This document shows positions 14,069-27,369 of a stretch of 64,000 bases of DNA, one piece after another. How positions within the stretch are numbered: position 1 is the stretch's first letter; every line of letters begins with the position of its first letter. This stretch comes from Eledone cirrhosa (Eukaryota), in assembly GCA_964016885.1 (NCBI GenBank), contig OZ024740.1, positions 160,890,001 through 160,954,000 on the forward strand. Reading direction: 5' to 3'. The notes below the pieces were generated by a model. That model did no database searches, was not told the origin of the DNA, and saw nothing but the letters and a program-made list of their open reading frames with translations. Both the position numbers and the translations under genes were made by a program.

Positions 14069-14770
14069 GTAGTGAGACCTGGGCGCTGAAGGTGGAAGAC
14101 TTACGTAGATTAGAAAGAAATGAAGCCTGCATGCTCCGATGGATGTGTAATAGTAATATATGCGAACAGCAAAGCATAAATGAATTGAAAGAGAGACTGA
14201 GTATAAGAAGGATCAAATGCTGTGTGCAGGAGAGGCGGTTGCGTTGGTATGGACATGTGATGTGTATGAAGGATGACAGCTGCATAAAAAGGTGCAGAGC
14301 ACTAGAAGTCAATGGAAACCGCGGAGTGGGGAGACCCAAGAAGACCTGGGTGAGGTGATAAAAGCCGACCTTACTCAATTACACCTCTCAAAAGCGATGA
14401 CACACGACCGTGACTTCTGATGTCATGCAGTAATACAGAGTACCCGACCTCCCATGGGTACAAGCTGAAGCATATAGACAATATGCCCCCACACCCTCCC
14501 ACTGCAAAGTGGTCATGGAGGTGCCACGGCAAAAAAGCACCCATCCACACTGTAAAGTGGACGTGTAGGCACCACGGAAAAAAGCACCCAGCACTCATTG
14601 TAAATGAGGTTGGTGTTAGGAAGGGCATCCAGCTGTAGAAATCAAGCCAAAATCAGTTCCTGTATGAGCAAGGCATGGTCAGCCGACCAGACACTGCCCA
14701 CAACAGGACAACCCGTCTAACCCATGCTAGCATGGAAGAACGGACGTATAACGGTGATGATGATGATGAT
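14069..14770 (+). mobile_element. RTE LINE 3' end with UTR and (TGA)n tail
   Basis: SETWAL..RRLERNEACMLRWMC..RRLRWYGHV..GRPKKTW, then cccatgctagcatggaagaacggacg and (gat)n. Confidence 0.85.
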
Positions 14771-14774
14771 ATAG

Positions 14775-15052
14775 GGGAGGCGCGTGGCCTAATGGTAAGG
14801 GTTTTGGACTGACGATCAAAATGTTGTGGGTCTGATATCTAGGCTGGGTTGTGTGTTGTGTTCTTAAGCAAAACACTTCATTTCACATTGCTTCAGTATA
14901 CTGAGCTGAAAATGAGTACCAGCAATAGCTGGGGATTTAACCCTGCAATGGACTGGTGTCCAGTCCAGAGGGGAGTTTTGTATTCTCATTCGCTTCTCAC
15001 CATGAAGCGAATGAACACCAGCCTAACGAGCCTTCTGGCTTAAGACAGACTT
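14775..15052 (+). mobile_element. tRNA-derived SINE
   Basis: ggcgcgtggcctaatggtaaggg head and gttcttaagcaaaacacttcatttcacattgct central domain. Confidence 0.7.
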
Positions 15053-15989
15053 TTGTATATATACGTGTGTGTGTGTGTGTATAAATCAATGAGGAGCCCA
15101 CTATTTTGTTATTTGATCTGCTATTATTATGCTGTGTATCCAAGTGGTTAAGAAGTTTACTTCACAATCATTAGGTTCCAGGTTTGATCCGATGTTTTGC
15201 CCCATATCTTAGGCAAGAATCGTATACAATACCCTTTCATTGATCCATACCTGGTGAGGTAAATTGAGAAAATGGAAGCTGTTTAGCTGGCCCTCAGTTG
15301 GACTGTACTTTTGAAGGGCAAGTCTGCTCCATTGATCAAACAACTTCCTTGTTGCAATGAGTGGAATTAATTCGATTCTAATGCCAACCAAATCTCCCTT
15401 AAATAACAACTTAATGTTTTAATAAAGGACTCTTTGGAATATGTAGTAGTAGCTAGCGATGTTTAAAAAGAAAATCTATAGAAAAATAGATAGAAAAGTT
15501 ACATAGTCACAGTTAGAATGTCATTAATCATAAAATCTTTGTAAGAGCTCAGTGGAGTGTAACCAACAATCATTACACACACATGTGTGCATACACATGT
15601 GTACACATATACACATACATGATTAGGAAGAAGTAAGAAATATAGCTCCAAGAAATAGTTTTGGCAAGACTTGTTTTATTTTTGCTTTCACTGATTGAGC
15701 TTAATTAAAAAATATATATGACAAAGTAATTATTATCTTTAACCGCTCCAGACCCAGACAGCTCATACAAATTATTGTCTACATTAGATAACATTGACAA
15801 TCAGTGGGTTTTTTTCTTTTTCTTTATTGTTTTAGTCTTGGAAAGGTGTTTTGCCTATGGCCATCACATGCTTTCTGATATTGGTTACAATAACACAGTT
15901 AACATTTTTGTTGAAGTTGGAAGTCAACATCTGCAAGAAAAATGTGCAGGGAAAATTCCATTATTCCAACATTCTTGGGAAGAAAGAAA

Positions 15990-16560
15990 GGACATAAAGA
16001 GGGGTTAGTGTGGGGCCTGGAATGTTTAAATGCAATATTGTGACAAGGTGGAAAATGAGATAGTCAAAGGTATATGGCTAGAGGTGATGTGAGATCAGCC
16101 ATTTTGTGGGAGCAAATACCAGTATCTATACAAAAAGGAGAGAGATGAGCAGCATACCTATAGGCCAGGGGATAGAGATGTGTTGGTGAATGACACCATG
16201 CCAATCACTCAGGTAACTCTTTTTTATGCAGTCTAGCATATCTGTAAGTGCATGAGAAACACCATCTCAGAAGTGGGAGCTATACTCATTTCTTGGTCCT
16301 ATATGAGCTGTGTAGAAGATTAGGAGTTCTTGGGGACTGAAATATTATCTGGCCTTGAATAGTTTTTGTGATGCTTTAGTGAAGATATGACTCCACTTGA
16401 ATTCAGTAATGGTACGGTTTAGTTTTTGTAGTGATTTTGTGGGTTCTAGTGGCATGCTATTCATGTTTGATATGTTTATTTAAGTTAGTGTTAACATATT
16501 TAACTCTATTGTTACTGTATTTCTTCTGAACTTCACACATGGCAGTGTCTTAATGATCGC
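15990..16560 (-). mobile_element. Highly decayed CR1/L2/Jockey-group LINE 3' remnant
   Basis: Minus strand gives LYTAHIGPRNEYSSHF, resembling the LYxxxxRPxxEYxSxxW thumb motif. Similar to 38980-39440. Confidence 0.45.
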
Positions 16561-17085
16561 AAAGCATGAATGTGATATGTGGAGTAACCATATGGTGTTA
16601 CAAATTGGAGTTGGATGGTATTAGTAATTTCTGGTGAAATATTTACAAATCATTTATAATCTAATTAAGTTTTTCAAGCGATTTGATAATAAAAATAAGA
16701 ATAATTAACTTTTTCATTATTAAGCTGGTGTTTGGAACATAGCTTAACAAATTATGATAGAAAGATTATAAACACTTTAACACAAACATATTTGTATCAT
16801 TCCTTAGTTTCAGACAGTTTACGCTTAAAACTGTAAGCATTAAAAAGCTAATTAAAAGTATTTATATAGAAAAGAAAAGACATTAGCTACATGACTAATA
16901 CTAATTATTTCAGTAAGTAAGAGACAACTTTGGACATGTTTGGACCATATTAGCTATCATCAGAAAAGTGTAAACTGCACTGTACTTACTGAAGTAGAAA
17001 TAGTTTCTAGTTTTGGCACAAGGCTGTCAACTATATCGACTCTAGTACTTCAGTGGTACACTATTTCTTCGATCTAGGAGGGGTC

Positions 17086-17475
17086 GTCTTCTTCTTTACC
17101 CACTTATTCCTAAGAGAAGAGGATCATGGGGACAGAGTCCTCAAACACTCCTTCCAGGGAGTTCTGTCAGAATCAACAATCTCCAATTGATCTTGGTGGA
17201 TCTCCAAGCATGACCAGTGAACCTCATGGATGTTTTCCAACCATCTTGCTCAGGGTATACCTCTGGATCTCCTTCCGGTTGGTTTGGCCCATACAATCCG
17301 TCCAGCGATTCTTTCCTGAGACATTCTAACCACATGCCCATAGTATCGGAACTGTGATCTCTCAATTCAGAGAAGTAGCAGCTCTATCTGGAGTGACTCT
17401 CTGATAGACCCTATGGAGGAACCCCATTTCAGCTGCTTGTATTCCCAATAATATTCTTTTGGTCATTACCCAATC
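17086..17475 (-). mobile_element. RTE LINE 3' remnant
   Basis: Minus-strand RLRYYGHVVRMSQERIA..PTGRRSRG..RARW-like translation and a gaagaaga tail. Confidence 0.6.
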
Positions 17476-17569
17476 TAGGAAGGGTGTCAGGCAAAATTGA
17501 CTTCTGCAGGATTTACTTTATTTAAGAGCAAGTAATCAGAAGCAACATGATAAAATAAAATATATAAAA

Positions 17570-18275
17570 AATGTAGATTCACCCCTATGTTGACTATGAG
17601 GTGGAAAGAACAAGAGTGGGAATCACATCATTAGTGAATGGCTCAAATTATCCAAAAGGGAATACAAGAGAATACACAATAAAGCTGCTAACAGTATCCT
17701 TTGGAAGCTCTGAGGGAATATCATCTGAAATGAGATGAAATCTGGTATGAACATCAACTAGAGGGAGTAGTTGAGATTGATGATGTAAAGTTCTTATGGT
17801 ACATGATTATATAGTGTGATGATTTAATAACAACAAGGAGACCTGACATAGTTGTGATAGAAAAAAGAGAAAGGATATGTCAAATCATTTATGCCTTCAT
17901 TCCTGTAGATGATCCAAAAGAAATGGAGAAAGTTGATAAATACCAAGACCTGAGAATTCAAGTGTAAATAATATGGAACATGAGAAGGGTTGAGGTCATA
18001 TCAATAGTGATAGGTGCTCTTGGTTGTTTGACCAAGAACCTAGAAAAATGGATAGAAAATCATGGGATCCAGGCAAAGGTAGTATTCCTCCAGAAAAAGA
18101 CACTCTTTGGAACAGCTAGAATTTTGAGAAGAGTAATTGGGACATAAAGCTCAAGAGAAAATAACCAAGAGTTCCTAGGTCATTAGTTACGACTCGTCCT
18201 CTTAGTTTAGTTATGTAGCAAAAGAACAGATTGAGGAAGAAGAAATAATAATAATAGTAATGATAATGTTAATAA
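17570..18275 (+). mobile_element. R4/Dong-like non-LTR retrotransposon 3' remnant (restriction-like endonuclease)
   Basis: NNKEPDIVVIEK..EKVDKYQDL..IVIGALG..LQKKTLFGTARILRRV, followed by (TAA)n. Confidence 0.75.
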
Positions 18276-19034
18276 TAATTTCTACTAAAGTACAAGGCAA
18301 GCAATTTGGTGGGAGGGGAAAGTTGATTAAATGAACCCCAGTGCTTTATTTATCGACCCCATAAGGATGGTAGGCAAAGCAAACCTCGGCGGTATTTGAA
18401 CTCAAAACGTAAAGGGTCGTAACTCTGTGCTGCTAAGCATGGTGTCCAATGCTCTATCGATAATGCCACTCTGCCATCCTAATGATGATAATAATTTCTA
18501 TGGTTCATTATTGCCTTGCTATTTCCCTAAGAAGAGATGAAAACATTTATCTTGACTAGAATGAGATGGGATGCTAAAACAAACATCAGTGATTTCACCG
18601 TTGCTCTTCCTCGTTTAAGTGAACATATGGACAAAGAAATAAGTAGCATAAGATGAAGCTTCTAAACATGTAAATATTCAAATGAAATACCTCATTTGAT
18701 ATATATGATTACTAATGGAATGGAAATAAATATACATTGGAATAAATACTTAGGGTATAAATATAATATCTACAATGTAATGGTGCAAGTAGGGAAGTGT
18801 CATAATATACATATGCACTTAGACACCCATTTGAACCTAGCTGTTGAAACGGCCAGAACTCAGCCGTCAAGGTCCTAACACTTTTCCTATATAAATATGT
18901 GTATGCATGTGTACACACACACATATAGATATATATATGTGTGGATCTATGTGGGTGCGTGTATGTGTGTGTATATAAGTGTGTACGTATGTATATATAT
19001 ATCAGTATATATGCGCATGTATATATATATATAC

Positions 19035-19741
19035 AACGTATTTGTCAGACTAAGAGTGTCTAGGTATGTATCTCCCCATGGACTCGAACCTCCAACACAT
19101 CCACTACACCACCACAAATGCCACTACCATAAACAACAACACCACAACCACACCCCACACACGCCAACCCGTCTACCGACAACCCACTGCCCCCACACCA
19201 CAGCCCATCCCAGTCAGCGACCGTCACCGCCATCTTATCATCACATCCACCCCCACATACACTACAGGCCAAAGCCAATCCGCCACCACTACACCACAGG
19301 CCAAAGCCAATCCGCCACCACTACACCACAGCCCATCGCAGCCAGCGACCGTCACCAACATCTTATCATCACATCCACCCCCACATACACTAAAGGCCAG
19401 TATATCCCTTTGATCCTTCCCACCAATCAAAACAACTCATATTGTCAAACTCTTGAACTTCTGTCTTTACCACACAGCATGTATCTTATTTTCTTATAGC
19501 ATTTTAAAGGGTCCGTCGAGCTGGCGATCATTGAGTCGGGTAGGATCGATACAGATCGAACCTTGAGCTGATCAGTGGCGAAACGCGCGTCACCTACTAA
19601 TAAATGTAATGAAGGAATAACCAATCGTCCTTGTTATCCTTTCAACACTCTATATAGCTCTACACCTCATCACAGAAGTGAACCTAAGCACCGAGTGTTC
19701 TCCCAGGTGAACCTGCAGTAACTCCAAGTTACACCCCCTGG
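19035..19741 (+). mobile_element. Non-coding PLE-like 3' fragment with internal duplications and a variant HHR
   Basis: Bounded by (TA)n. C/A-rich duplicated ~65-bp block at ~19200 and ~19328. HHR-like motif at 19509-19595 followed by aataaa. Confidence 0.55.
19509..19595 (+). ncRNA. Variant or degenerate hammerhead motif with long stem II
   Basis: gggt-CCGTCGA-g..gatca..tgatc..gc-GAAAC-gcgc-GTC-acct. The core differs from CTGANGA at two positions. Confidence 0.5.
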
Positions 19742-19810
19742 ATATATATATATATATATATATAATAAATAAATAACAAAGAACACTTATAGCATATGCA
19801 TATCTTTACT

Positions 19811-19856
19811 TGCTAACATTGTTTCATCCGCACTATAAGTGGGACTCATCAGAGCA
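19811..19856 (-). ncRNA. Type I hammerhead ribozyme (left-arm copy)
   Basis: Exact reverse complement of 27370-27415. Confidence 0.8.
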
Positions 19857-20538
19857 TAAAGGTTAATTACATACCATACAAGCAATAACAAATCCAAGAC
19901 ATTGAAGAATGAAAGGTAATAATAGACGATAGAGGATAAGAATAAAAATAAAAATAAAAGTAAAAATAAAAATAAAAATAAAAATAAGGGGTGCTATCAG
20001 TCACAGTTGGGCGGGGTGCTGTCAACATATAGTTACATACAAGCATACACATGGATAAGAGTACAGACAAGAGTAGACACATGGATAAGAGAACAGACAA
20101 GAGTAGATAAGATAATGGGATTAGGTAAGAGTAGGTAAAAAATAGGTAAAAAATAGGTGAAAAACAGACTTATAATATATATAAAAAGAAATACAAAGAA
20201 ATACATAACAAACTTACATATAAAATATAAAATATAGGGTAAGGAATGAGATAAAATAATATAAAATTAAAAATTAAAAATTATATACATAGAACATAAT
20301 ATAGTATAATCGTAAAATAAGATAAAATAAGGTAAACTAAAATCAAATAACATAGACTAAATTAAAATAATATAATATAAGATATAATTAAATGTATAAT
20401 TAAATGTAATTAAATGTAATTAAATAAAATAAAATAAAATAAATAAATAAATAAATAAATAAAAATTAAATAAATAAATAAAATTAAAATTTAAATTTTA
20501 AAATTTTAAAATTTTAAAATTAAAATTTAAATTTAAAT

Positions 20539-20578
<40 letters not shown>

Positions 20579-22070
20579 ATGGAGTCAAGTAAGTAAATAA
20601 ATAAAATTAGATAACATGAAATGAAATAAAATGAAATAAAGTAAATTGAGATAAGATATATATTTTTTTAGAATATATCTCTTGAATATATCAGGGGCCC
20701 ACGAAGGCACTAAATGTCACAGTTATGTGTATCACTTGACCAATTTTTTAAAATGTATTTCATGAAAACATCAGGGGCCCACGAAGGCACTAAGTGTCAC
20801 AGTCACCAGTATCACTTGACCATTGCAAGGCAATGGAGGCGTCCCAGGTTGGGCAGTCTCGAAAGTTCACTCGAAAGTCATGGGTGTGCATTCACACAGT
20901 TGAGCGGTGGGGTAATCACAAACCGGTTCACACACGGGCAGGAGTCAATTGGTCAGAGAGGTGCATCGAAGGAGGTAGAAGAATTCACATGCATTAGCAA
21001 GTGAGGTGAGGTTAAAGCAAGCAGACACAGTTGTAGCGCATACAAAATATATATAAAAAGACAAAAGATAAATAAAAAGCCATTAAGTCACCGCATTGGG
21101 ACATCACAAGATTGTACACATCAATATGTTCAGCACGTATATGCACGTATACACACCACATGCATATGCAGAGACGGTATACATATATATATATATATTT
21201 TTTTTTTATATATACACAGACACATATAACCACCTACACCCATACACATATAAATGTATACACGGACACACACGCACACACACACAGCGTAGGACACCCG
21301 GGTCAAAGCCGATATTAAATACGATATTAAATACGATATTAAACACCGAAATACCACATTAGACCAGACCCACCACCACAGGTAATATATTCAAAACAAA
21401 TACATACGATGAGATGTATTAAAATAAAGTTGAAATCCTACGGAGATATTCATGTCTGCACGTGCCATTGACCGATTCGAGTGTACACAGACCGTTAGTA
21501 ACTACGGAGGGCCATTGGGGCCAAAACGTTACTTTCGGGATCATAAAAACGACCGTCAATATATGGAAGGCCGATCGTGCTAGAAAGACTAATACCCCGG
21601 GTAAGAGCTCCCAGAGGTCAGCCTGTAGATCTTGAACCACAGAATATGAGGGCAACACGTATATGCGCCACGTATCCACTGCTTACGGCAGGATGGCACG
21701 GGTCCGCCCACAGTTACAGGCTAAATTTCTACTAGTGCAGCCTAAATCACAGTACACGCTTTACATAAATACATTACATCACAACTCATGCGCATACAGA
21801 GGTACAGATCAACAAGATATACGTCAGGATAGGTCCACCAATGCACTAATGGTGGGTAGGCCAGCGTGGATGGGTTACATCCACTGTACCAAACAGGGGT
21901 GCTTATTAACATACACTCCCCTGCACACCCCAATATCAAGATCAATATCCTCCCACAGGCATACGTATACATTCACAGACTCGTATACATAGACGACCAA
22001 CATTAGGAGACAGTTACACTCAGTCAGAGACAGTTACACAAGACAGCCCAACTGGAGGAATAAGGACGTG

Positions 22071-24149
22071 CTAGCTAACAGGTTTAAAGTAGAAGAAAGA
22101 GCTTAATATTCGGTGGGGGCAAGAGGAAAAAAATTCAGACTTTCTATTTAGTAGAGGGCATTTAGCAAATATAATAGAGTGGGATTCGGCAAGGCACAGG
22201 TTGCATACTCTACTATGAGGAGTATATGGATGGGATTTAGCAACCTGCCGCCAAGTAAGTGTGTAAGGTGTTCGTGCATTTTTTAAATTATGGACGTACG
22301 CTGCCAAGGAGGTGGAGTTCTTCAGTTTATTATTTCTAAAAGTGCATTGATGAGAGTTAAACCTGGTCTTAAAGGGGGTGGAAGTTGATCCTATATAGGT
22401 CATAGTGGACGCCGTAGTTACCACATCACACGCATAAACTATGTTTCTAACAAGGCAGAAACCATTCAGGGGGCAGCCTGAAGCCCTTCTACAGTTACAA
22501 CCTCTGGTGATGCTATTCTCAGAAAGATTACCACCAGTGTTACTGCCCACTCTATCCACTACCGTGTTTTCCCCTAGGCTTAGGTTGTCCAGGCCTTCCT
22601 TTATTTTCTTATTATTAGTAATGGCCAGATGCGAGGCCAGATTTGGGGTTGTAGAATACGAAAGTTTAACAACATTCTTATTGAGGATAGAGTGGTACCT
22701 ATTACCAGGAGGGAAGTTCCGTTCTAGCACAGAGAAGAAGGCCCTAGGAATATTTGTAGCCACTTCAGAATTAAAAGGGGGGTTGAAGTATGTATTCAAT
22801 CTTCTTCTATTCTTTTTATTCTTTCTATTTCCATCAGTATTATTAGCATTATTATTTCTACGGTTCCTATGCTCACCTAGTCTATGCGGGGAGCTGCGAG
22901 GCCCACCATTGCTATTACTTAGACTAATGGTGCCCTGCTGGTTCATTCCACCGGCATCTAGAAACCTCCCGTTCACGACACCTCTATTGTTATTACTTAG
23001 ACTAATGGTGCCCTGCTGTTTCATTCCACCGGCATTTAGAACCCTCTCATTCGCGACACCTCGATTACCAATGGACATATTATGTGTTATAACAACACTG
23101 GTAGAGCTACTATTAGGACCATTATTTCCCTGGGTGTAATACAATTTGTCCCTAAAGCCGGATCTAGCTAAGGCGTCGTTATAGTAATCAGCCTGCGAGT
23201 CAAACGCCTCCTCACTATGTGAGAGTGAACTTATTCTGTTAGATACGCCCTTCAGTATACCGCTGATGACAGACCTAGGGTGGTTGGAGTTGGTATTCAC
23301 GTAAGTCAGCAATTCATTGGGCTTATGGTACGGTGTGTACGTATGGTTATCCAAGTCCAGTGTAACATCCAGGAAGTTCACAGTTCTATCATTTACATCC
23401 ATTGTAATGGATAGGTTAAAAGTTTTAAAAAAGCTATGCAGCTTTTTCCTAATGCGCTCTATATTATACTTACTAGTATCTATGGAGAGTAGGGCGTCAT
23501 CTCGGTACAACCCACCCCTAAGGAAAGGGAAGTTACTATGCAGTTCATTGAGGAGGTATAGTCCAACTAAGTCGGTGACCTGAGCAGAGTCACTCGACCC
23601 CATAGTGATGTCAAAATTATCAGGTGTGTTTTTTCTCGTCCATAGATTATCCTCAAACATGATAATGGTTTTACGTGCAGCGAGAACAATATCTATCTGT
23701 GGCCTAGTAATTGCCCCCCTCCGCATGGCTAGGATGAGGGCCTTATTGAGGATAATAGGAGATATAGATGTATAATAAGCATCAATATCAAATTGGATGA
23801 ATTTTAGTGAGTCACGACCACAATCAGTAGAGAACCATGTAATGACCTCACTAGTGTTACCCCAAAGCTCAAGGAAAGTTTTTTCTCTAACCAGGGGAAT
23901 AACGCTATCCAAGATTCCCTTACTAATAATGCCCAGGTCAGACTTGGAGGGGCAGATAAGCCTAACCGAGGGTCTGCTAATAAAATCTTCCTTGTGATCC
24001 TTGAGGGTGAATCTAGGCTGCTTGGGGTAATAAGGCTGAGTGTGTTTATCCAGACCTAATTTTACCACTATGTTATACCCCTCCAGATTAATATTACCCA
24101 GGGAAATAATGGTCCTAATAGTAGCTCTACCAGTGTTGTTATAACACAT
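22071..24149 (-). CDS. PLE reverse transcriptase plus GIY-YIG endonuclease, uninterrupted 692 aa but lacking the native N-terminus
   Basis: RT motifs FTLKDHK, RLICPSKS, FDIDAYYTSI, MGSSDSAQVTDLVG, YRDD, NFLDVTL. CNCx5CPLxGxC linker. IVY-x12-YIG, R..H, CxxC, LLN..SE..CPH. The first ~18 codons come from the antisense of the opposite arm. Confidence 0.92.
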   Translation of the reverse strand: MCYNNTGRATIRTIISLGNINLEGYNIVVKLGLDKHTQPYYPKQPRFTLKDHKEDFISRPSVRLICPSKSDLGIISKGILDSVIPLVREKTFLELWGNTSEVITWFSTDCGRDSLKFIQFDIDAYYTSISPIILNKALILAMRRGAITRPQIDIVLAARKTIIMFEDNLWTRKNTPDNFDITMGSSDSAQVTDLVGLYLLNELHSNFPFLRGGLYRDDALLSIDTSKYNIERIRKKLHSFFKTFNLSITMDVNDRTVNFLDVTLDLDNHTYTPYHKPNELLTYVNTNSNHPRSVISGILKGVSNRISSLSHSEEAFDSQADYYNDALARSGFRDKLYYTQGNNGPNSSSTSVVITHNMSIGNRGVANERVLNAGGMKQQGTISLSNNNRGVVNGRFLDAGGMNQQGTISLSNSNGGPRSSPHRLGEHRNRRNNNANNTDGNRKNKKNRRRLNTYFNPPFNSEVATNIPRAFFSVLERNFPPGNRYHSILNKNVVKLSYSTTPNLASHLAITNNKKIKEGLDNLSLGENTVVDRVGSNTGGNLSENSITRGCNCRRASGCPLNGFCLVRNIVYACDVVTTASTMTYIGSTSTPFKTRFNSHQCTFRNNKLKNSTSLAAYVHNLKNARTPYTLTWRQVAKSHPYTPHSRVCNLCLAESHSIIFAKCPLLNRKSEFFSSCPHRILSSFFYFKPVS

Positions 24150-24152
24150 AAT

Positions 24153-25160
24153 ATGTCCATTGGTAATCGAGGTGTCGCGAATGAGAGGGTTCTAAATGCC
24201 GGTGGAATGAAACAGCAGGGCACCATTAGTCTAAGTAATAACAATAGAGGTGTCGTGAACGGGAGGTTTCTAGATGCCGGTGGAATGAACCAGCAGGGCA
24301 CCATTAGTCTAAGTAATAGCAATGGTGGGCCTCGCAGCTCCCCGCATAGACTAGGTGAGCATAGGAGCCGTAGAAATAATAATGCTAATAATACTGATGG
24401 AAATAGAAAGAATAAAAAGAATAGAAGAAGATTGAATACATACTTCAACCCCCCTTTTAATTCTGAAGTGGCTACAAATATTCCTAGGGCCTTCTTCTCT
24501 GTGCTAGAACGGAACTTCCCTCCTGGTAATAGGTACCACTCTATCCTCAATAAGAATGTTGTTAAACTTTCGTATTCTACAACCCCAAATCTGGCCTCTC
24601 ATCTGGCCATTACTAATAATAAGAAAATAAAGGAAGGCCTGGACAACCTAAGCCTAGGGGAAAACACGGTAGTGGATAGAGTGGGCAGTAACACTGGTGG
24701 TAATCTTTCTGAGAATAGCATCACCAGAGGTTGTAACTGTAGAAGGGCTTCAGGCTGCCCCCTGAATGGTTTCTGCCTTGTTAGAAACATAGTTTATGCG
24801 TGTGATGTGGTAACTACGGCGTCCACTATGACCTATATAGGATCAACTTCCACCCCCTTTAAGACCAGGTTTAACTCTCATCAATGCACTTTTAGACATA
24901 ATAAACTGAAGAACTCCACCTCCTTGGCAGCGTACGTCCATAATTTAAAAAATGCACGAACACCTTACACACTTACTTGGCGGCAGGTTGCTAAATCCCA
25001 TCCATATACTCCTCATAGTAGAGTATGCAACCTGTGCCTTGCCGAATCCCACTCTATTATATTTGCTAAATGCCCTCTACTAAATAGAAAGTCTGAAATT
25101 TTTTCCTCTTGCCCCCACCGAATATTAAGCTCTTTCTTCTACTTTAAACCTGTTAGCTAG
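24153..25160 (+). CDS. Duplicated C-terminal half (linker plus GIY-YIG endonuclease) of the same PLE
   Basis: 335-aa ORF that differs from the C-terminus of 22071-24149 at only three residues. Confidence 0.85.
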   Translation: MSIGNRGVANERVLNAGGMKQQGTISLSNNNRGVVNGRFLDAGGMNQQGTISLSNSNGGPRSSPHRLGEHRSRRNNNANNTDGNRKNKKNRRRLNTYFNPPFNSEVATNIPRAFFSVLERNFPPGNRYHSILNKNVVKLSYSTTPNLASHLAITNNKKIKEGLDNLSLGENTVVDRVGSNTGGNLSENSITRGCNCRRASGCPLNGFCLVRNIVYACDVVTTASTMTYIGSTSTPFKTRFNSHQCTFRHNKLKNSTSLAAYVHNLKNARTPYTLTWRQVAKSHPYTPHSRVCNLCLAESHSIIFAKCPLLNRKSEIFSSCPHRILSSFFYFKPVS

Positions 25161-26651
25161 CACGTCCTTATTCCTCCAGTTGGGCTGTCTTGTGTAACTG
25201 TCTCTGACTGAGTGTAACTGTCTCCTAATGTTGGTCGTCTATGTATACGAGTCTGTGAATGTATACGTATGCCTGTGGGAGGATATTGATCTTGATATTG
25301 GGGTGTGCAGGGGAGTGTATGTTAATAAGCACCCCTGTTTGGTACAGTGGATGTAACCCATCCACGCTGGCCTACCCACCATTAGTGCATTGGTGGACCT
25401 ATCCTGACGTATATCTTGTTGATCTGTACCTCTGTATGCGCATGAGTTGTGATGTAATGTACTTATGTAAAGCGTGTACTGTGATTTAGGCTGCACTAGT
25501 AGAAATTTAGCCTGTAACTGTGGGCGGACCCGTGCCATCCTGCCGTAAGCAGTGGATACGTGGCGCATATACGTGTTGCCCTCATATTCTGTGGTTCAAG
25601 ATCTACAGGCTGACCTCTGGGAGCTCTTACCCGGGGTTTTAGTCTTTCTAGCACGATCGGCCTTCCATATATTGACGGTCGTTTTTATGATCCCGAAAGT
25701 AACGTTTTGGCCCCGATGGCCCTCCGTAGTTACTAACGGTCTGTGTACACTCGAATCGGTCAATGGCACGTGCAGACATGAATATCTCCGTAGGATTTCA
25801 ACTTTATTTTAATACATCTCATCGTATGTATTTGTTTTGAATATATTACCTGTGGTGGTGGGTCTGGTCTAATGTGGTATTTCGGTGTTTAATATCGTAT
25901 TTAATATCGTATTTAATATCGGCTTTGACCCGGGTGTCCTACGCTGTGTGTGTGTGCGTGTGTGTCCGTGTATACATTTATATGTGTATGGGTGTAGGTG
26001 GTTATATGTGTCTGTGTATATATAAAAAAAAATATATATATATATATGTATACCGTCTCTGCATATGCATGTGGTGTGTATACGTGCATATACGTGCTGA
26101 ACATATTGATGTGTACAATCTTGTGATGTCCCAATGCGGTGACTTAATGGCTTTTTATTTATCTTCTGTCTTTTTATATATATTTTGTATGCGCTACAAC
26201 TGTGTCTGCTTGCTTTAACCTCACCTCGCTTGCTAATGCATGTGAATTCTTCTACCTCCTTCGATGCACCTCTCTGACCAATTGACTCCTGCCTGTGTGT
26301 GAACCGGTTTGTGATTACCCCACCGCTCAACTGTGTGAATGCACACCCATGACTTTCGAGTGAACTTTCGAGACTGCCCAACCTGGGACGCCTCCATTGC
26401 CTTGCAATGGTCAAGTGATACTGGTGACTGTGACACTTAGTGCCTTCGTGGGCCCCTGATGTTTTCATGAAATATATTTTAAAAAATTGGTCAAGTGATA
26501 CACATAACTGTGACATTTAGTGCCTTCGTGGGCCCCTGATATATTCAAGAGATATATTCTAAAAAAATATATATCTTATCTCAATTTACTTTATTTCATT
26601 TTATTTCATTTCATGTTATCTAATTTTATTTATTTACTTACTTGACTCCAT

Positions 26652-26687
<36 letters not shown>

Positions 26688-27369
26688 ATTTAAATTTTAA
26701 TTTTAATTTTAAAATTTTAAAATTTTAAAATTTAAATTTTAATTTTATTTATTTATTTAATTTTTATTTATTTATTTATTTATATATTTTGTTTTATTTT
26801 ATTTAATTACATTTAATTACATTTAATTATAAATTTAATTATATCTTATATTATATTATTTTAATTTAGTCTATGTTATTTGATTTTAGTTTACCTTATT
26901 TTATCTTATTTTACGATTATACTATATTATGTTCTATGTATATAATTTTTAATTTTTAATTTTATATTATTTTATCTCATTCCTTACCCTATATTTTATA
27001 TTTTATATGTAAGTTTGTTATGTATTTCTTTGTATTTCTTTTTATATATATTATAAGTCTGTTTTTCACCTATTTTTTACCTATTTTTTACCTACTCTTA
27101 CCTAATCCCTTTATCTTATCTACTCTTGTCTGTTCTCTTTTCCATGTGTCTACTCTTGTCTGTACTTTTATCCATGTGTATGCTTGTATGTAACTATATG
27201 TTGACAGCACCCCGCCCAACTGTGACTGATAGCACCCCTTATTTTTATTTTTATTTTTATTTTTACTTTTATTTTTATTTTTATTCATATCCTCTATCGT
27301 CTATTATTACCTTTCATTCTTCAATGTCTTGGATTTGTTATTGCTTGTATGGTATGTAATTAACCTTTA

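Noticed and set aside
22441-23997. Plus-strand ORFs of 232, 88 and 66 aa, and mirrored ORFs 24068-24790
   Set aside because: Antisense shadows of the PLE ORF with no independent motifs.
22071-24149. Possible selenoprotein-encoding Naiad
   Set aside because: The visible ORF has no in-frame TGA and ends in TAG. I could not identify a SECIS by eye.
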